A DNA stretch of 64,000 nt from assembly GCA_016709725.1 (NCBI GenBank), contig JADJMG010000005.1, positions 387,544-451,543 of the forward strand. The letters are read 5' to 3'. Below the pieces are notes generated by a model. That model saw only the letters and a program-made list of their open reading frames with translations, searched no databases and was not told the DNA's origin. The first letter of the stretch is position 1. Each line of letters begins with the position of its first letter. The position numbers were made by a program, and so were the translations under genes. Positions 33,993 through 43,969 of this stretch are shown here, piece after piece. Origin of the DNA: Bacteroidota bacterium. GTDB taxonomy: Bacteria; Bacteroidota; Bacteroidia; AKYH767-A; OLB10.

Positions 33993-34457
33993 ATGAAATT
34001 GAAAATTTTGATGGCAAGCATTCTGAGCATATCTCTTTTTGCTTGCACCTCTAAACAAGAAGCTGAAGATGCTGCTAAGAACTCACCTTCGCCCGTTGAA
34101 GCTGCAGCTGAACAGCCGGAAGTACATGGAGTAGAGATAAAAGATCTTGCACTTACCAATCCACTCAATCAGGAATGGGTGACAAATGGTGAAAAAATTT
34201 ACGACAGCAAATGTTTGTCATGTCACAAGCTAACGGATGAAAAAGTAGTTGGTCCAGGTTGGAAAGGAATTACTCAACGAAGAAAACCGATTTGGATCAT
34301 GAACATGATTCTAAATGTAGAAATCATGTTGGATGAAGATCCAGAGGCGCAGCTTTTGCTTGAGCAATGTTTGATTCGTATGCCCAATCAAAACTTAACT
34401 CACGATGAAGCTCGACAAGTAGTTGAATTCATGCGTCACAATGACGGAGAAAAATAA
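33993..34457 (+). CDS. class I c-type cytochrome lipoprotein (probable electron donor to NosZ)
   Basis: Lipobox LFAC and a single CLSCHKL heme-binding site. Immediately upstream of nosZ. Confidence 0.7.
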   Translation: MKLKILMASILSISLFACTSKQEAEDAAKNSPSPVEAAAEQPEVHGVEIKDLALTNPLNQEWVTNGEKIYDSKCLSCHKLTDEKVVGPGWKGITQRRKPIWIMNMILNVEIMLDEDPEAQLLLEQCLIRMPNQNLTHDEARQVVEFMRHNDGEK

Positions 34458-34471
34458 ATACAAATCATCTA

Positions 34472-36484
34472 ATGACAACTATACATATGAAAATCTATCA
34501 TTTAATTACAGCCACTGCAGTTCCGCTTTTGCTGCTCGCATTAACGGGATGTGCTCCAAAAAATCCGACCCAAGCCATCACTGGCGATGCAGCTGAAAAA
34601 GTTTATGTTGCACCCGGAAAACACGATGCTTATTACAACTTTGTTTCTGGTGGATTTAGCGGACAAGTATCGGTTTATGGAATTCCATCTGGAAGGCTAT
34701 TCCGTGTCATTCCGGTTTTCTCTCAGGACCCACAAACCGGTTGGGGTTATTCAGAAGAGTCAAAACCAATGTTGAACACATCACATGGTTTTACTCCGTG
34801 GGACGACAGCCATCATATTGCATTGTCAACCACCAATGGTGAGCACGATGGAAAATGGGTTTTTATTAATGGAAATAACACACCTCGTATAGCACGCATC
34901 AGTTTAAAAACATTTCGCACCGAAGAAATCATTGAAATTCCAAATGCATCGGGAAATCACTCATCCCCTTTCCTAACTGAAAATTCAGAGTATGCTGTTG
35001 CCGGCACCCGTTTTTCATTCCCACTTGATTATGCTGGAGAAACAGTTGATGTTCCGATTAATTCTTATAAAAAGAATTTTAAAGGCACCGTATCTTTTGT
35101 GAGCATTAATAAAGAAAGTGGGAACATGGCTGTAGCCTTCCAACTGTTGTTACCTGGAATCAATTTCGATTTGTCAAGAGGTGGACGCGGTCCATCGAAA
35201 GATTGGTTCTTCTTTAGTTGCTATAACACAGAATTAGCAAATACTTTATTAGAGGTAAATGCATCTCAAAAGGACAAAGATTTTATAATGGCTGTAAACT
35301 GGAAAAAAGCAGAACAATATATTGCGGCTGGAAAAGGAAAGAAGTTAAACGTAAACTATGCACATAATGTCTATAGCGATGAAACACACACTTCCACTTC
35401 TACCATGTTAAAAGAAGTACTTGCACTCGATCCTATAGAGTTAAAAGACATCGTTTATTTTATGCCTTGTCCTAAATCTCCACATGGTTGCGACGTAGAT
35501 CCTAGTGGTAAGTATATTGTGGGATCTGGCAAGTTAGCAGCATTGATTCCTGTTTTCTCCTTTGATAAAATGATCGCCGCCATAGCAGCGAAAAATTTCG
35601 AAGGGGAGTTCGAAGGCATTCCTGTATTAAAATATGAATCTGTGCTGCACGGTGAAGTGAAGAAGCCCGGCTTAGGTCCTCTACATACAGAATTTGATGG
35701 AAAAGGATTTGCGTATACTTCGATGTTTGTTTCCTCTGAAATTGTAAAATGGAATATTGAAAATTTAACGGTCGTGGATCGAGTTCCTACATACTATTCT
35801 ATTGGACATCTAAGTATACCAGGAGGTCCAACGGCTAAACCCCATGGACAATATGTTATAGCTTACAATAAAATAACAAAAGATCGCTACTTACCTACTG
35901 GTCCTGAATTGACGCAATCGGCACAGATCTATGATATCTCTGGTGAGAAAATGAAATTACTACTAGACTTCCCAACCATTGGAGAACCACACTATGCAGA
36001 AGCAATTCCTGCAAAATTAGTTGAGCCTAACAGTACCAAATTCTTTAAGATAGAAGACAATAAACATCCTTACGTTACCAAAAGTGAAAAAGATGCGAAA
36101 GTTGTTCGTCAAGGGAATCAAGTACATGTTTATATGACATGCATTCGATCACATTTTGTTCCCGATAATATTGAAGGAATTAAAATGGGAGATGTGCTTT
36201 ACTTCCACATAACCAATCTTGAGCAGGATTGGGATGTGCCACATGGGTTTGCCATTAAAGGTGCAAACAATGCAGAATTATTAATCATGCCAGGTGAAAC
36301 AGCTACTTTAAAATGGAGCCCAGATCGCGTTGGAGTGAGTGCAATGTACTGCACCGATTTTTGCTCGGCTTTGCATCAAGAAATGCAAGGTTATATAAGA
36401 GTGTCACCGGCTGGATCATCAACTCCGTTGAAATGGGGAACTGGAGAAACACCAGAAGCAGGTCTAGCGGCTGAAGTAAAATAA
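34472..36484 (+). CDS. nosZ: nitrous-oxide reductase, clade II (Sec-dependent)
   Basis: A beta-propeller CuZ domain and a C-terminal CuA cupredoxin (CTDFCSALHQEMQG). The Sec-type lipoprotein signal is typical of clade II. Confidence 0.95.
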   Translation: MTTIHMKIYHLITATAVPLLLLALTGCAPKNPTQAITGDAAEKVYVAPGKHDAYYNFVSGGFSGQVSVYGIPSGRLFRVIPVFSQDPQTGWGYSEESKPMLNTSHGFTPWDDSHHIALSTTNGEHDGKWVFINGNNTPRIARISLKTFRTEEIIEIPNASGNHSSPFLTENSEYAVAGTRFSFPLDYAGETVDVPINSYKKNFKGTVSFVSINKESGNMAVAFQLLLPGINFDLSRGGRGPSKDWFFFSCYNTELANTLLEVNASQKDKDFIMAVNWKKAEQYIAAGKGKKLNVNYAHNVYSDETHTSTSTMLKEVLALDPIELKDIVYFMPCPKSPHGCDVDPSGKYIVGSGKLAALIPVFSFDKMIAAIAAKNFEGEFEGIPVLKYESVLHGEVKKPGLGPLHTEFDGKGFAYTSMFVSSEIVKWNIENLTVVDRVPTYYSIGHLSIPGGPTAKPHGQYVIAYNKITKDRYLPTGPELTQSAQIYDISGEKMKLLLDFPTIGEPHYAEAIPAKLVEPNSTKFFKIEDNKHPYVTKSEKDAKVVRQGNQVHVYMTCIRSHFVPDNIEGIKMGDVLYFHITNLEQDWDVPHGFAIKGANNAELLIMPGETATLKWSPDRVGVSAMYCTDFCSALHQEMQGYIRVSPAGSSTPLKWGTGETPEAGLAAEVK

Positions 36485-36495
36485 ATAATTCTCAA

Positions 36496-36528
36496 TGGGA
36501 CTCTTTGTTTAACCAAAGAGTCCCGTTA
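36496..36528 (+). terminator. stem-loop downstream of nosZ (possible attenuator/terminator)
   Basis: gggactctttg-tttaacc-aaagagtccc, a perfect 11-bp stem. Confidence 0.45.
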
Positions 36529-36532
36529 AGAA

Positions 36533-37579
36533 ATGAAATTAAAAACCATGAAACCTATATCGAGAATATTAATTGCACTTTCTTCTTTGTCCATGTTAGC
36601 CACATTTTATCTTCCACTTTGGCAGATTCAACTATGGGCACCTCAATATCCAGAGGGATTAAACATGAAAATTTGGCACAATCACTTAAGTGGAGCCTTC
36701 GATATCATCAATGGATTGAATCATTACATTGGCATGCGTTTGATTAAGGAAGAAATGTTTCCGGAATTGAAGTACATTGGTATTCTAATAGGAATATATA
36801 TTGCAATTGGTTTATTCACCGCGATAACAAATAAATTATCAATACTTAAAATTTACACCCTTACTGGGATCACTTACGGTGTTGCAGCGTTATACGATTT
36901 TTATCGCTGGGGTTATGATTACGGCCATAACTTGGATCCTCATGCAGCCATTCAAGTGCCTGGAATGAGTTATCAACCCCCTGTTATTGGATATAAAAAT
37001 CTACTCAACTTCACTGCTTATTCTGGTCCAGATAAAGGTGGATGGATTATAGTAATCGCTAGCGTAGTCGCTTTTTGTGTTTTAGTTTATACAATCTGGT
37101 CCAATAAAAAAGCAATAAAAAATAATTCCATTTCATCTAAGGCTGGAATGAGTGTTGCATCACTGCTTTCTATATTTTTATTTAGTGCTTGCAACTCAGC
37201 AGAACCTGCACCCATTCGTTTAGGAAAAGATGAATGTACAAATTGCAAAATGATCATCACGGATCCAAGATTTGGAGCCGAAATCATTACAAAAACAAAC
37301 AAGCTATTTAAATTCGATGATGTTAACTGCTTAAATAACTACATCAAAAACAACGAAAAAATACAGTCGCAAATTAACCATATCTACTTTGTTGACTATG
37401 GAATTGAATCCGGATTTGTATTAGCCAATCAAGCATTTTATCTTCAATCAGAAGAAATAAAAAGTCCTATGGGAAGTGCTGTGGCTGCCTTTAGTAACCA
37501 ACAACAACTAACTGAAACCGCCTCCAAGCTCACACAGAGCCAAGCAATTACCTGGAAGGAAGCAAGTAAAGTTTATTAA
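36533..37579 (+). CDS. nosL: 4-TM membrane domain (NosB-like position) fused in-frame to a NosL copper-chaperone lipoprotein domain
   Basis: About 200 aa of N-terminal TM helices, then an internal lipoprotein signal (MSVASLLSIFLFSAC) and the NosL motif IRLGKDECTNCKMII...FDDVNC. Confidence 0.65.
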   Translation: MKLKTMKPISRILIALSSLSMLATFYLPLWQIQLWAPQYPEGLNMKIWHNHLSGAFDIINGLNHYIGMRLIKEEMFPELKYIGILIGIYIAIGLFTAITNKLSILKIYTLTGITYGVAALYDFYRWGYDYGHNLDPHAAIQVPGMSYQPPVIGYKNLLNFTAYSGPDKGGWIIVIASVVAFCVLVYTIWSNKKAIKNNSISSKAGMSVASLLSIFLFSACNSAEPAPIRLGKDECTNCKMIITDPRFGAEIITKTNKLFKFDDVNCLNNYIKNNEKIQSQINHIYFVDYGIESGFVLANQAFYLQSEEIKSPMGSAVAAFSNQQQLTETASKLTQSQAITWKEASKVY

Positions 37580-37583
37580 GTCG

Positions 37584-38861
37584 ATGAGGTACCCATACAG
37601 CATACTTGTTATTATTCTGTTTGTATCTTTCAAACTGAACGCTGCTGTACTTACTTGCGGAAATAAAACAAATTATCCATCCATTCAAAATGCCATAAAT
37701 GCCGCTGTCCCTTATGACACCATTGAAGTTCAACCTGGACATTACAAACAGGGAAATCTACTCATCACCAAACCGATTTCAATGTTTGCAAAAGGCTTAG
37801 TTATTCTTGACGGTGATTTTAAATGCGAAATTATTACTATTAAAAGTAATCATGTTTTAATTCGCGGATTCTCTATAAAAAATAGCTCTAATTTAAGTAG
37901 TATCGATATTGCCGGAATCAAAGTACTAGCTTGCAAAGATGTTACCATTGAAAACAACAATGTAGAAAAATGTTCTTTTGGAATTTACTTATCAAACACC
38001 AATCATTGCAAAGTGAAAAACAATTTAATTTCTGGAAATGTATTAGCAGAAACTAATATTGGAAATGGTATACACTGTTGGAAAGCCGATAGCAATTCCA
38101 TTGAAAACAATGAAGTGACGAATCATCGTGACGGAATCTACTTTGAATTTGTAACGAACAGTAAAATCAACAAAAATATTTCTCATCAAAACTTACGTTA
38201 TGGATTGCACTTTATGTTTTCACATACCAATATTTATACAAACAACAAATTTTCAAACAATGGAGCTGGTGTGGCTGTGATGTACTCTCACCATGTTACC
38301 ATGAAGAATAATCTATTCGATTATAATTGGGGTGCTAGTGCCTATGGTTTATTATTAAAGGAAATAAACGACAGTGAAATCTCTGGGAACATCTTTACTT
38401 ACAACTCCGCAGCAATATACATGGAAGGAAGTAATCGTGTAAATATGACCAGCAATGTATTCAGCAATAATGGCTGGGCATTACGAATTCAATCCAGTTG
38501 TGTTGATAATGTAATCGAACGGAATAATTTTATAGGAAACACTTTTGATGTCTCGACCAATGGGGAAACACAACTCAGCAATTTCAATTCAAACTATTGG
38601 GATAAATACGAAGGCTACGATTTGAATCGAGATGGGCAAGGAGACGTTCCCTATCGTCCAGTGAGCCTCTTCTCGGTAATTGTCGAACAACTTCCCCCTT
38701 CTCTTTTATTATTAAGAAGCTTTATGGTTTACTTACTGGATAAATCTGAGAAAATAATTCCTTCTCTGACCCCTGAATATCTAATTGATCATAAACCAGT
38801 CATTAAAATGATTGCATTAGAAAACTTACCACTTGCCAATAGCAATACAAACAAAAAGTAA
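37584..38861 (+). CDS. nosD: nitrous oxide reductase maturation protein NosD (periplasmic right-handed beta-helix)
   Basis: Signal peptide and multiple parallel beta-helix repeats (NN.I..N...GI.L). Confidence 0.9.
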   Translation: MRYPYSILVIILFVSFKLNAAVLTCGNKTNYPSIQNAINAAVPYDTIEVQPGHYKQGNLLITKPISMFAKGLVILDGDFKCEIITIKSNHVLIRGFSIKNSSNLSSIDIAGIKVLACKDVTIENNNVEKCSFGIYLSNTNHCKVKNNLISGNVLAETNIGNGIHCWKADSNSIENNEVTNHRDGIYFEFVTNSKINKNISHQNLRYGLHFMFSHTNIYTNNKFSNNGAGVAVMYSHHVTMKNNLFDYNWGASAYGLLLKEINDSEISGNIFTYNSAAIYMEGSNRVNMTSNVFSNNGWALRIQSSCVDNVIERNNFIGNTFDVSTNGETQLSNFNSNYWDKYEGYDLNRDGQGDVPYRPVSLFSVIVEQLPPSLLLLRSFMVYLLDKSEKIIPSLTPEYLIDHKPVIKMIALENLPLANSNTNKK

Positions 38862-38887
38862 ACTAACCACTATTAACTAATATCAAA

Positions 38888-39463
38888 ATGAAAAAAAACA
38901 TTGCTTCAATTTTCGTCATGGGACTCGCTATGGGATCCTTGATGATCATCAACAGTTGCGGTTCAAAGACTGAAGAAAACACTTCGGCACCCAGCACAGA
39001 AGAATCCACAGAGTTAGGTGGCCAATCCGCTGTAAAGGATGATGACTCACAACAAGACATTGTTAAAGTTGCTTCTGGAAGTAAAGATCATACTACCTTA
39101 GTTGCAGCGATAAAAGCAGCAGAATATGTAGATGTCCTAAGTAATGCAGGTCCTTTCACCGTATTTGCACCTACGAATGATGCCTTTAACAAACTGCCAG
39201 AAGGAACCGTTGAAACATTAGTAAAACCTGAAAACAAAGATAAACTTCGTGATATTTTAGAATATCATGTAGCGGTAGCCGTTTATAAAACAGACATGTT
39301 TAAAGACGGACAAATCATAAACATGGCCAATCTAGGAAACGTAAAAATCTCCATTAAGAATGGAGAAATATTTATCAATGAAACAGCAAAAATCATTGGC
39401 ACGGTTCCTTCTTCAAATGGAATTATACATGTTATTGACAATGTACTTCTTGAAAAAAAATAG
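38888..39463 (+). CDS. fasciclin (FAS1) domain lipoprotein
   Basis: Lipobox IINSCG. FAS1 motifs TVFAPTNDAF and ILEYHV. Confidence 0.7.
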   Translation: MKKNIASIFVMGLAMGSLMIINSCGSKTEENTSAPSTEESTELGGQSAVKDDDSQQDIVKVASGSKDHTTLVAAIKAAEYVDVLSNAGPFTVFAPTNDAFNKLPEGTVETLVKPENKDKLRDILEYHVAVAVYKTDMFKDGQIINMANLGNVKISIKNGEIFINETAKIIGTVPSSNGIIHVIDNVLLEKK

Positions 39464-39465
39464 TT

Positions 39466-40185
39466 GTGATCGAATTTAACAACATTAGTAAATCGTTTGG
39501 CAAACTAAAAATTCTAGACCAACTAAATCTAGCGTTTTTTAAAGGGCAATCGATTGCGCTTATAGGTCCCAATGGCTCTGGAAAAACAACTTTAATTAAA
39601 TGCTTGTTAGGTTTGGTTGTTCCTACATCTGGCGAAATTAAAATTGATGGAGTAAATGCAATAGGATCTTGGATGCATCGCAGTAATATAGGATACATGC
39701 CTCAAATTGGAAGGTATCCTGATAACATTACTGTGATGCAGCTTTTTGAAATGATTAAAGAAATTCGAAAAGGCACATTCGTTAAGCTGGATGAAGAATT
39801 ACTTCATTCATTTGAAATTTTCAAATTTGAAAACAAAACCATGAGCTCCTTGAGCGGTGGAATGCGACAAAAAGTGAGTGCGTGTTTAGCATTTATGTTT
39901 GATCCAGAAATATTAATTCTGGACGAACCCACAGCAGGACTGGATCCCATCTCCTCAGAAATACTGAAAGAGAAACTAAAAAAGGAATTAACGAAAGGGA
40001 AACTTATTCTCATTACTTCACATATTTTAAATGATCTTGAAGACCTAACTAATGAAATTATTTACCTCAATGAAGGTAAAATAGTTTTTTTCAAGAAAGT
40101 AGAAGAACTAAAATCTGAAACTGGGTCCATAAATTTATCAAAAGCAATTGCTCGAATAATGGAGTTGCAAAACAACCTTTCTTAA
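39466..40185 (+). CDS. nosF: ABC transporter ATP-binding protein NosF
   Basis: Walker A GPNGSGKTT, signature LSGGMRQK and Walker B ILILDEPT. Lies in the nos cluster. Confidence 0.85.
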   Translation: MIEFNNISKSFGKLKILDQLNLAFFKGQSIALIGPNGSGKTTLIKCLLGLVVPTSGEIKIDGVNAIGSWMHRSNIGYMPQIGRYPDNITVMQLFEMIKEIRKGTFVKLDEELLHSFEIFKFENKTMSSLSGGMRQKVSACLAFMFDPEILILDEPTAGLDPISSEILKEKLKKELTKGKLILITSHILNDLEDLTNEIIYLNEGKIVFFKKVEELKSETGSINLSKAIARIMELQNNLS

Positions 40186-40192
40186 AAGATCA

Positions 40193-41107
40193 ATGATGAA
40201 AATGCGTAAATTTGATAATAAGTTGGGGAATCGACATAGGAATCAGATAGAAGGTTCAGGAACTTTCGCATCCGCAATTTTATTAAAACATGATGATCCG
40301 TCTACCATTAAAATGAGAACTTCAACCAAGAAATATTTACTTCTTCGTTTACTAAAATATGTTTTGCTCGATATTTTAAAGAATAGAATGGTTCTTTTTT
40401 ATACCCTCTTTCTATTAGCTACTTCCTTTGGATTATTTAGCATGAGCGGAGATCCCACTAAAGGAATTGCAAGCCTACTCAATATAGTTCTCCTCGTTAG
40501 TCCGTTATTAAGTTTAATTTTTTCTACGATCTACTTTTACAATTCTTATGAGTTCATCGAGCTATTATCAGCTCAACCCATCCAAAGAAAAACTATTCTA
40601 TACAGTCAATACTGGGGGCTTTGCATTTCACTAATTGTAGCGCTGGTTATTGGACTTGGAATTCCACTCTTACTTTTTGCTCCAGGGAAGGCTGCCCTTT
40701 CACTCCTTATCGTATCTTGCGGACTCACGATGGCATTTGTTTCCTTGGCCTTACTCGCGGCGCTACTCACAAGAGATAAAGCAAGAGGTATTGGATTATC
40801 GCTACTACTTTGGTTTTATTTTACGTTCATCTACGATGCTTTGATGTTGATGATCATGTTTGCCTACATTGATTATCCGATGGAAACACTAACCCTTACA
40901 ATGATCTCTTTAAACCCAATTGATCTTGCAAGAGTAATAGTATTATTGCAACTGGATGTATCCGCATTGATGGGATACACTGGAGCAATGCTTCAAGATC
41001 TTTTTAGCAGTGGTAAAGGAGTACTTTTAGCAAGCGGAGTGATGTTAATTTGGATATTAGCTCCTCTTAGATTAGCCATTAAACTTTTTAATAAAAGAGA
41101 TTTATAA
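40193..41107 (+). CDS. nosY: ABC-2 type permease NosY
   Basis: A 6-TM ABC-2 permease after nosF. The true start is probably the Met at about 40313. Confidence 0.8.
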   Translation: MMKMRKFDNKLGNRHRNQIEGSGTFASAILLKHDDPSTIKMRTSTKKYLLLRLLKYVLLDILKNRMVLFYTLFLLATSFGLFSMSGDPTKGIASLLNIVLLVSPLLSLIFSTIYFYNSYEFIELLSAQPIQRKTILYSQYWGLCISLIVALVIGLGIPLLLFAPGKAALSLLIVSCGLTMAFVSLALLAALLTRDKARGIGLSLLLWFYFTFIYDALMLMIMFAYIDYPMETLTLTMISLNPIDLARVIVLLQLDVSALMGYTGAMLQDLFSSGKGVLLASGVMLIWILAPLRLAIKLFNKRDL

Positions 41108-41109
41108 AA

Positions 41110-41150
41110 AATCCCTGAAGATGATAAGCATCTTCAGGGATTCTATTTTA
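41110..41150. terminator. bidirectional rho-independent terminator between nosY (+) and dsbD (-)
   Basis: aatccctgaagatg-ataagc-atcttcagggatt, a 13-bp stem flanked by A/T runs. Confidence 0.65.
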
Positions 41151-41193
41151 TCTATCAAAAACAATTTTTATTGAATTGATATTTCAAGATTTA

Positions 41194-43254
41194 CTATCGC
41201 CCTTTAAATCTACACTTCCCTTCCTCTAAATACTTTTTGTAAGTATCTGCATCGGGTGTATAGCCAACGGGCTTAGCCAATAATTTTCCTTGATGGTCGA
41301 GGAGTACATAATAAGGTTGAGAATTCGTTTGATAAATTCTACTCTGCATTTCACTCCATTTATTTCCGGTAGACTTCACTTTTTTACCGGTTGAAGTACT
41401 CACAAACTGTTTCGATTCCGGAAGTGGTGTTTTGTCATCTACGTAAAGTGAAATTAATACATAGTCTTCTGAAATTATTTTTAATACTGCGGGTTGTGAC
41501 CACACATTATCTTCCATCTTACGGCAATTCACACAACTCCAACCTGTGAAATCAATCATCACGGGCTTCCCTACTTGTTGTGCATAAGCCATTCCTTCCT
41601 CGTAATCGTGAAAGCAATTTAAATTATGCGGACATGTTTCAGAATGACTTGCACCAGCACTTCCACCAGAGTTGGTGTTGGTCCACTCCTTGTAAAAATC
41701 GGGAGGCGGAAATCCACTGATCGCTCTTAAGGGTGCACCCCATAATCCTGGAATAAGATAGACAGTGAATGACAATGTAATGATGGCAACAATTAATCGA
41801 CCTGTACCTAAATGATGCATGTCGCTATCGTGCGAAAATTTTAGTTTTCCTAAAAGATACAATCCCATCAACCCAAAAATGACAATCCATATCGCAATGA
41901 ACACTTCTCGTTTTAATAATCCCCAATGGTAGGCTAAATCAACATTCGATAAAAATTTCATTGCTAATGCTAACTCTAAAAAGCCCAATACTACTTTCAC
42001 CGAATTCAACCATCCTCCTGATTTAGGAAGTGTATTTAGCCAACCTGGAAAGGCAGCAAACAATCCGAAGGGTAATGCTAGTGCCAATGCAAAACCTGTC
42101 ATTCCCATGATGGGTCCGAGGTAAGATGATCCGCGAGCAGCTTCCACTAACAAAGTGCCGATGATAGGTCCGGTACAGGAGAAGGAGACCAGACTTAATG
42201 TAAATGCCATAAAGAAAATTCCAACCAATCCGCCTTTGTCCGACGCTTGATCCGCTTTATTTACCCATGACGATGGTAATGTGATTTCGAAAGCTCCAAA
42301 AAACGACAATGCAAAAATGAAAAAGATGACAAAGAATAACATATTAAAAAATACATTACTTGCCATTGCATTCAGCGCATCAGATCCTAATGTTACCGTG
42401 ACTAAAAATCCAAGGATCACATAAATTAAAATAATTGAAGTTGAATAAATAATTGCGTTCGCAATTCCTTTCTGACGTGTTGGACTTCGTTTTGTAAAAA
42501 AACTTACCGTTAGTGGAATCATTGGAAACACACAAGGCGTTAACAAGGCTAATAATCCACCCAGCATTCCAGCGAGGAAAATTCCCCAGTAGGACTTGTC
42601 TTCTTCTACTATAATTCCATCTCCACAACCTGCTTCCAAGTGTGAAGCATCGCCACTTGGTTCAGGGATTCGACCATTCGTACCATTTTGTTCGACAGGA
42701 ATGGTTGTTGTTACTTCTTGAGCTGTAGTATCAACAGAAGAATTCTCAACCACAGCTACATCAGGAACAACTTCTTCTACTTTATTTCCTTTAATGGCTA
42801 TTGAAAAAGAAGTATCCGAATAAACACATCCTTTATCGTCACAAATTTGATATTCAATAGAGCCTTCAACTTTGAAACTATTTTTAGTGCTTAGTTTTAT
42901 TTTCTGTGTGAAAATTGGACTCCCATCAAAAGACCATACATCAACTTCAAAAATATCATCAAACGCAACATGGGGTTTACCTTCGGTGGTTTTACCCACC
43001 AAAGTATAATTCTTACTTTTTTCGAAATTAATTAACGTGGGTGTGGGTCCACCAGGAGGCGTATTTTGCGAATAGATGTGATACCCTTTAGCAATAGTTG
43101 CTTTAAAAGTGATTACCGCTTCTTCACCTTTTTGATCGATCGAAAAATTCCACTTAACATTATTCTGAAGTTGTGCATCAACCGTTAAAAAAGAAACAAG
43201 AAATAAGAGGAAGGTAAGGGGTGAATATAATTTAATTCTTTTCATACTGTTCAA
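41194..43254 (-). CDS. dsbD: thiol:disulfide interchange protein DsbD (CcdA-like membrane core plus C-terminal thioredoxin)
   Basis: 686 aa with a central TM core containing LTPCVFPMIPL and FSCTGP, and a C-terminal thioredoxin-like WCVNC. Confidence 0.85.
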   Translation of the reverse strand: MNSMKRIKLYSPLTFLLFLVSFLTVDAQLQNNVKWNFSIDQKGEEAVITFKATIAKGYHIYSQNTPPGGPTPTLINFEKSKNYTLVGKTTEGKPHVAFDDIFEVDVWSFDGSPIFTQKIKLSTKNSFKVEGSIEYQICDDKGCVYSDTSFSIAIKGNKVEEVVPDVAVVENSSVDTTAQEVTTTIPVEQNGTNGRIPEPSGDASHLEAGCGDGIIVEEDKSYWGIFLAGMLGGLLALLTPCVFPMIPLTVSFFTKRSPTRQKGIANAIIYSTSIILIYVILGFLVTVTLGSDALNAMASNVFFNMLFFVIFFIFALSFFGAFEITLPSSWVNKADQASDKGGLVGIFFMAFTLSLVSFSCTGPIIGTLLVEAARGSSYLGPIMGMTGFALALALPFGLFAAFPGWLNTLPKSGGWLNSVKVVLGFLELALAMKFLSNVDLAYHWGLLKREVFIAIWIVIFGLMGLYLLGKLKFSHDSDMHHLGTGRLIVAIITLSFTVYLIPGLWGAPLRAISGFPPPDFYKEWTNTNSGGSAGASHSETCPHNLNCFHDYEEGMAYAQQVGKPVMIDFTGWSCVNCRKMEDNVWSQPAVLKIISEDYVLISLYVDDKTPLPESKQFVSTSTGKKVKSTGNKWSEMQSRIYQTNSQPYYVLLDHQGKLLAKPVGYTPDADTYKKYLEEGKCRFKGR

Positions 43255-43326
43255 TAAATCGATAGGACTCTCAAAGATAAGGAAAGGAGTTAAACGGAAA
43301 AGATCGTTTTTATTGCCCTAAAAGGT

Positions 43327-43944
43327 TCATTTTGAAGTATCTTTAATATAGAAATAAGATACTTTCCCCTCCACATCATCAAATGTAACGGGGTCTTTCT
43401 CCCAAAAGGTGTAGAAATAACTAATGAGTGCAAAGTCGCCAGAACAGCCACCGGTATGCATAAAAAGTGCACCCATCCAAATAAAATATTGAGAAGCGGG
43501 GGCTAAAAAAATGACAAGAATTAACAAGGAATTGATAACCACAAATGGTGCTAATGCTATATAAACGAAAGGAACCTTATACGTAACAAATTTATCGGCC
43601 ATCGCATAAAAAACTAACTTTTTCCATTCCGCTTTATAGCTCACCTTTTGTGCCCCGGCTCTTCGATACATAAATCCATGGATTAACTCATGAATGGGAA
43701 CTAATAAAAAAAAGAAAGCAATACCCAACGAGAACTCTGAAAGATGATCAAGAAAAGCGCCCGATTTAATTAAACTATACACTGAAATGACAAGTAATAA
43801 AATTGAAAAAATTCCATAGAAGATCATCACTGGATTTCGCTTAAAAAAATAAGGCATAATGAAGTTACCTATTTCGCTATGAGTGAGGGTAGATTGAAGG
43901 GTATAGCCTTCGGACTCCAAATTTTTAACTAATAAATCCGTCAT
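43327..43944 (-). CDS. DUF3267-like membrane protein with HExxH (putative zincin peptidase)
   Basis: Polytopic, with IHELIHGF. Confidence 0.5.
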   Translation of the reverse strand: MTDLLVKNLESEGYTLQSTLTHSEIGNFIMPYFFKRNPVMIFYGIFSILLLVISVYSLIKSGAFLDHLSEFSLGIAFFFLLVPIHELIHGFMYRRAGAQKVSYKAEWKKLVFYAMADKFVTYKVPFVYIALAPFVVINSLLILVIFLAPASQYFIWMGALFMHTGGCSGDFALISYFYTFWEKDPVTFDDVEGKVSYFYIKDTSK

Positions 43945-43969
43945 ATTTTAAAACATAGAAGGATCAAAA

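Noticed and set aside
36505-36747. 80-aa ORF overlapping the start of the nosB/nosL gene
   Set aside because: It is an alternative frame of a well-supported membrane-protein gene.
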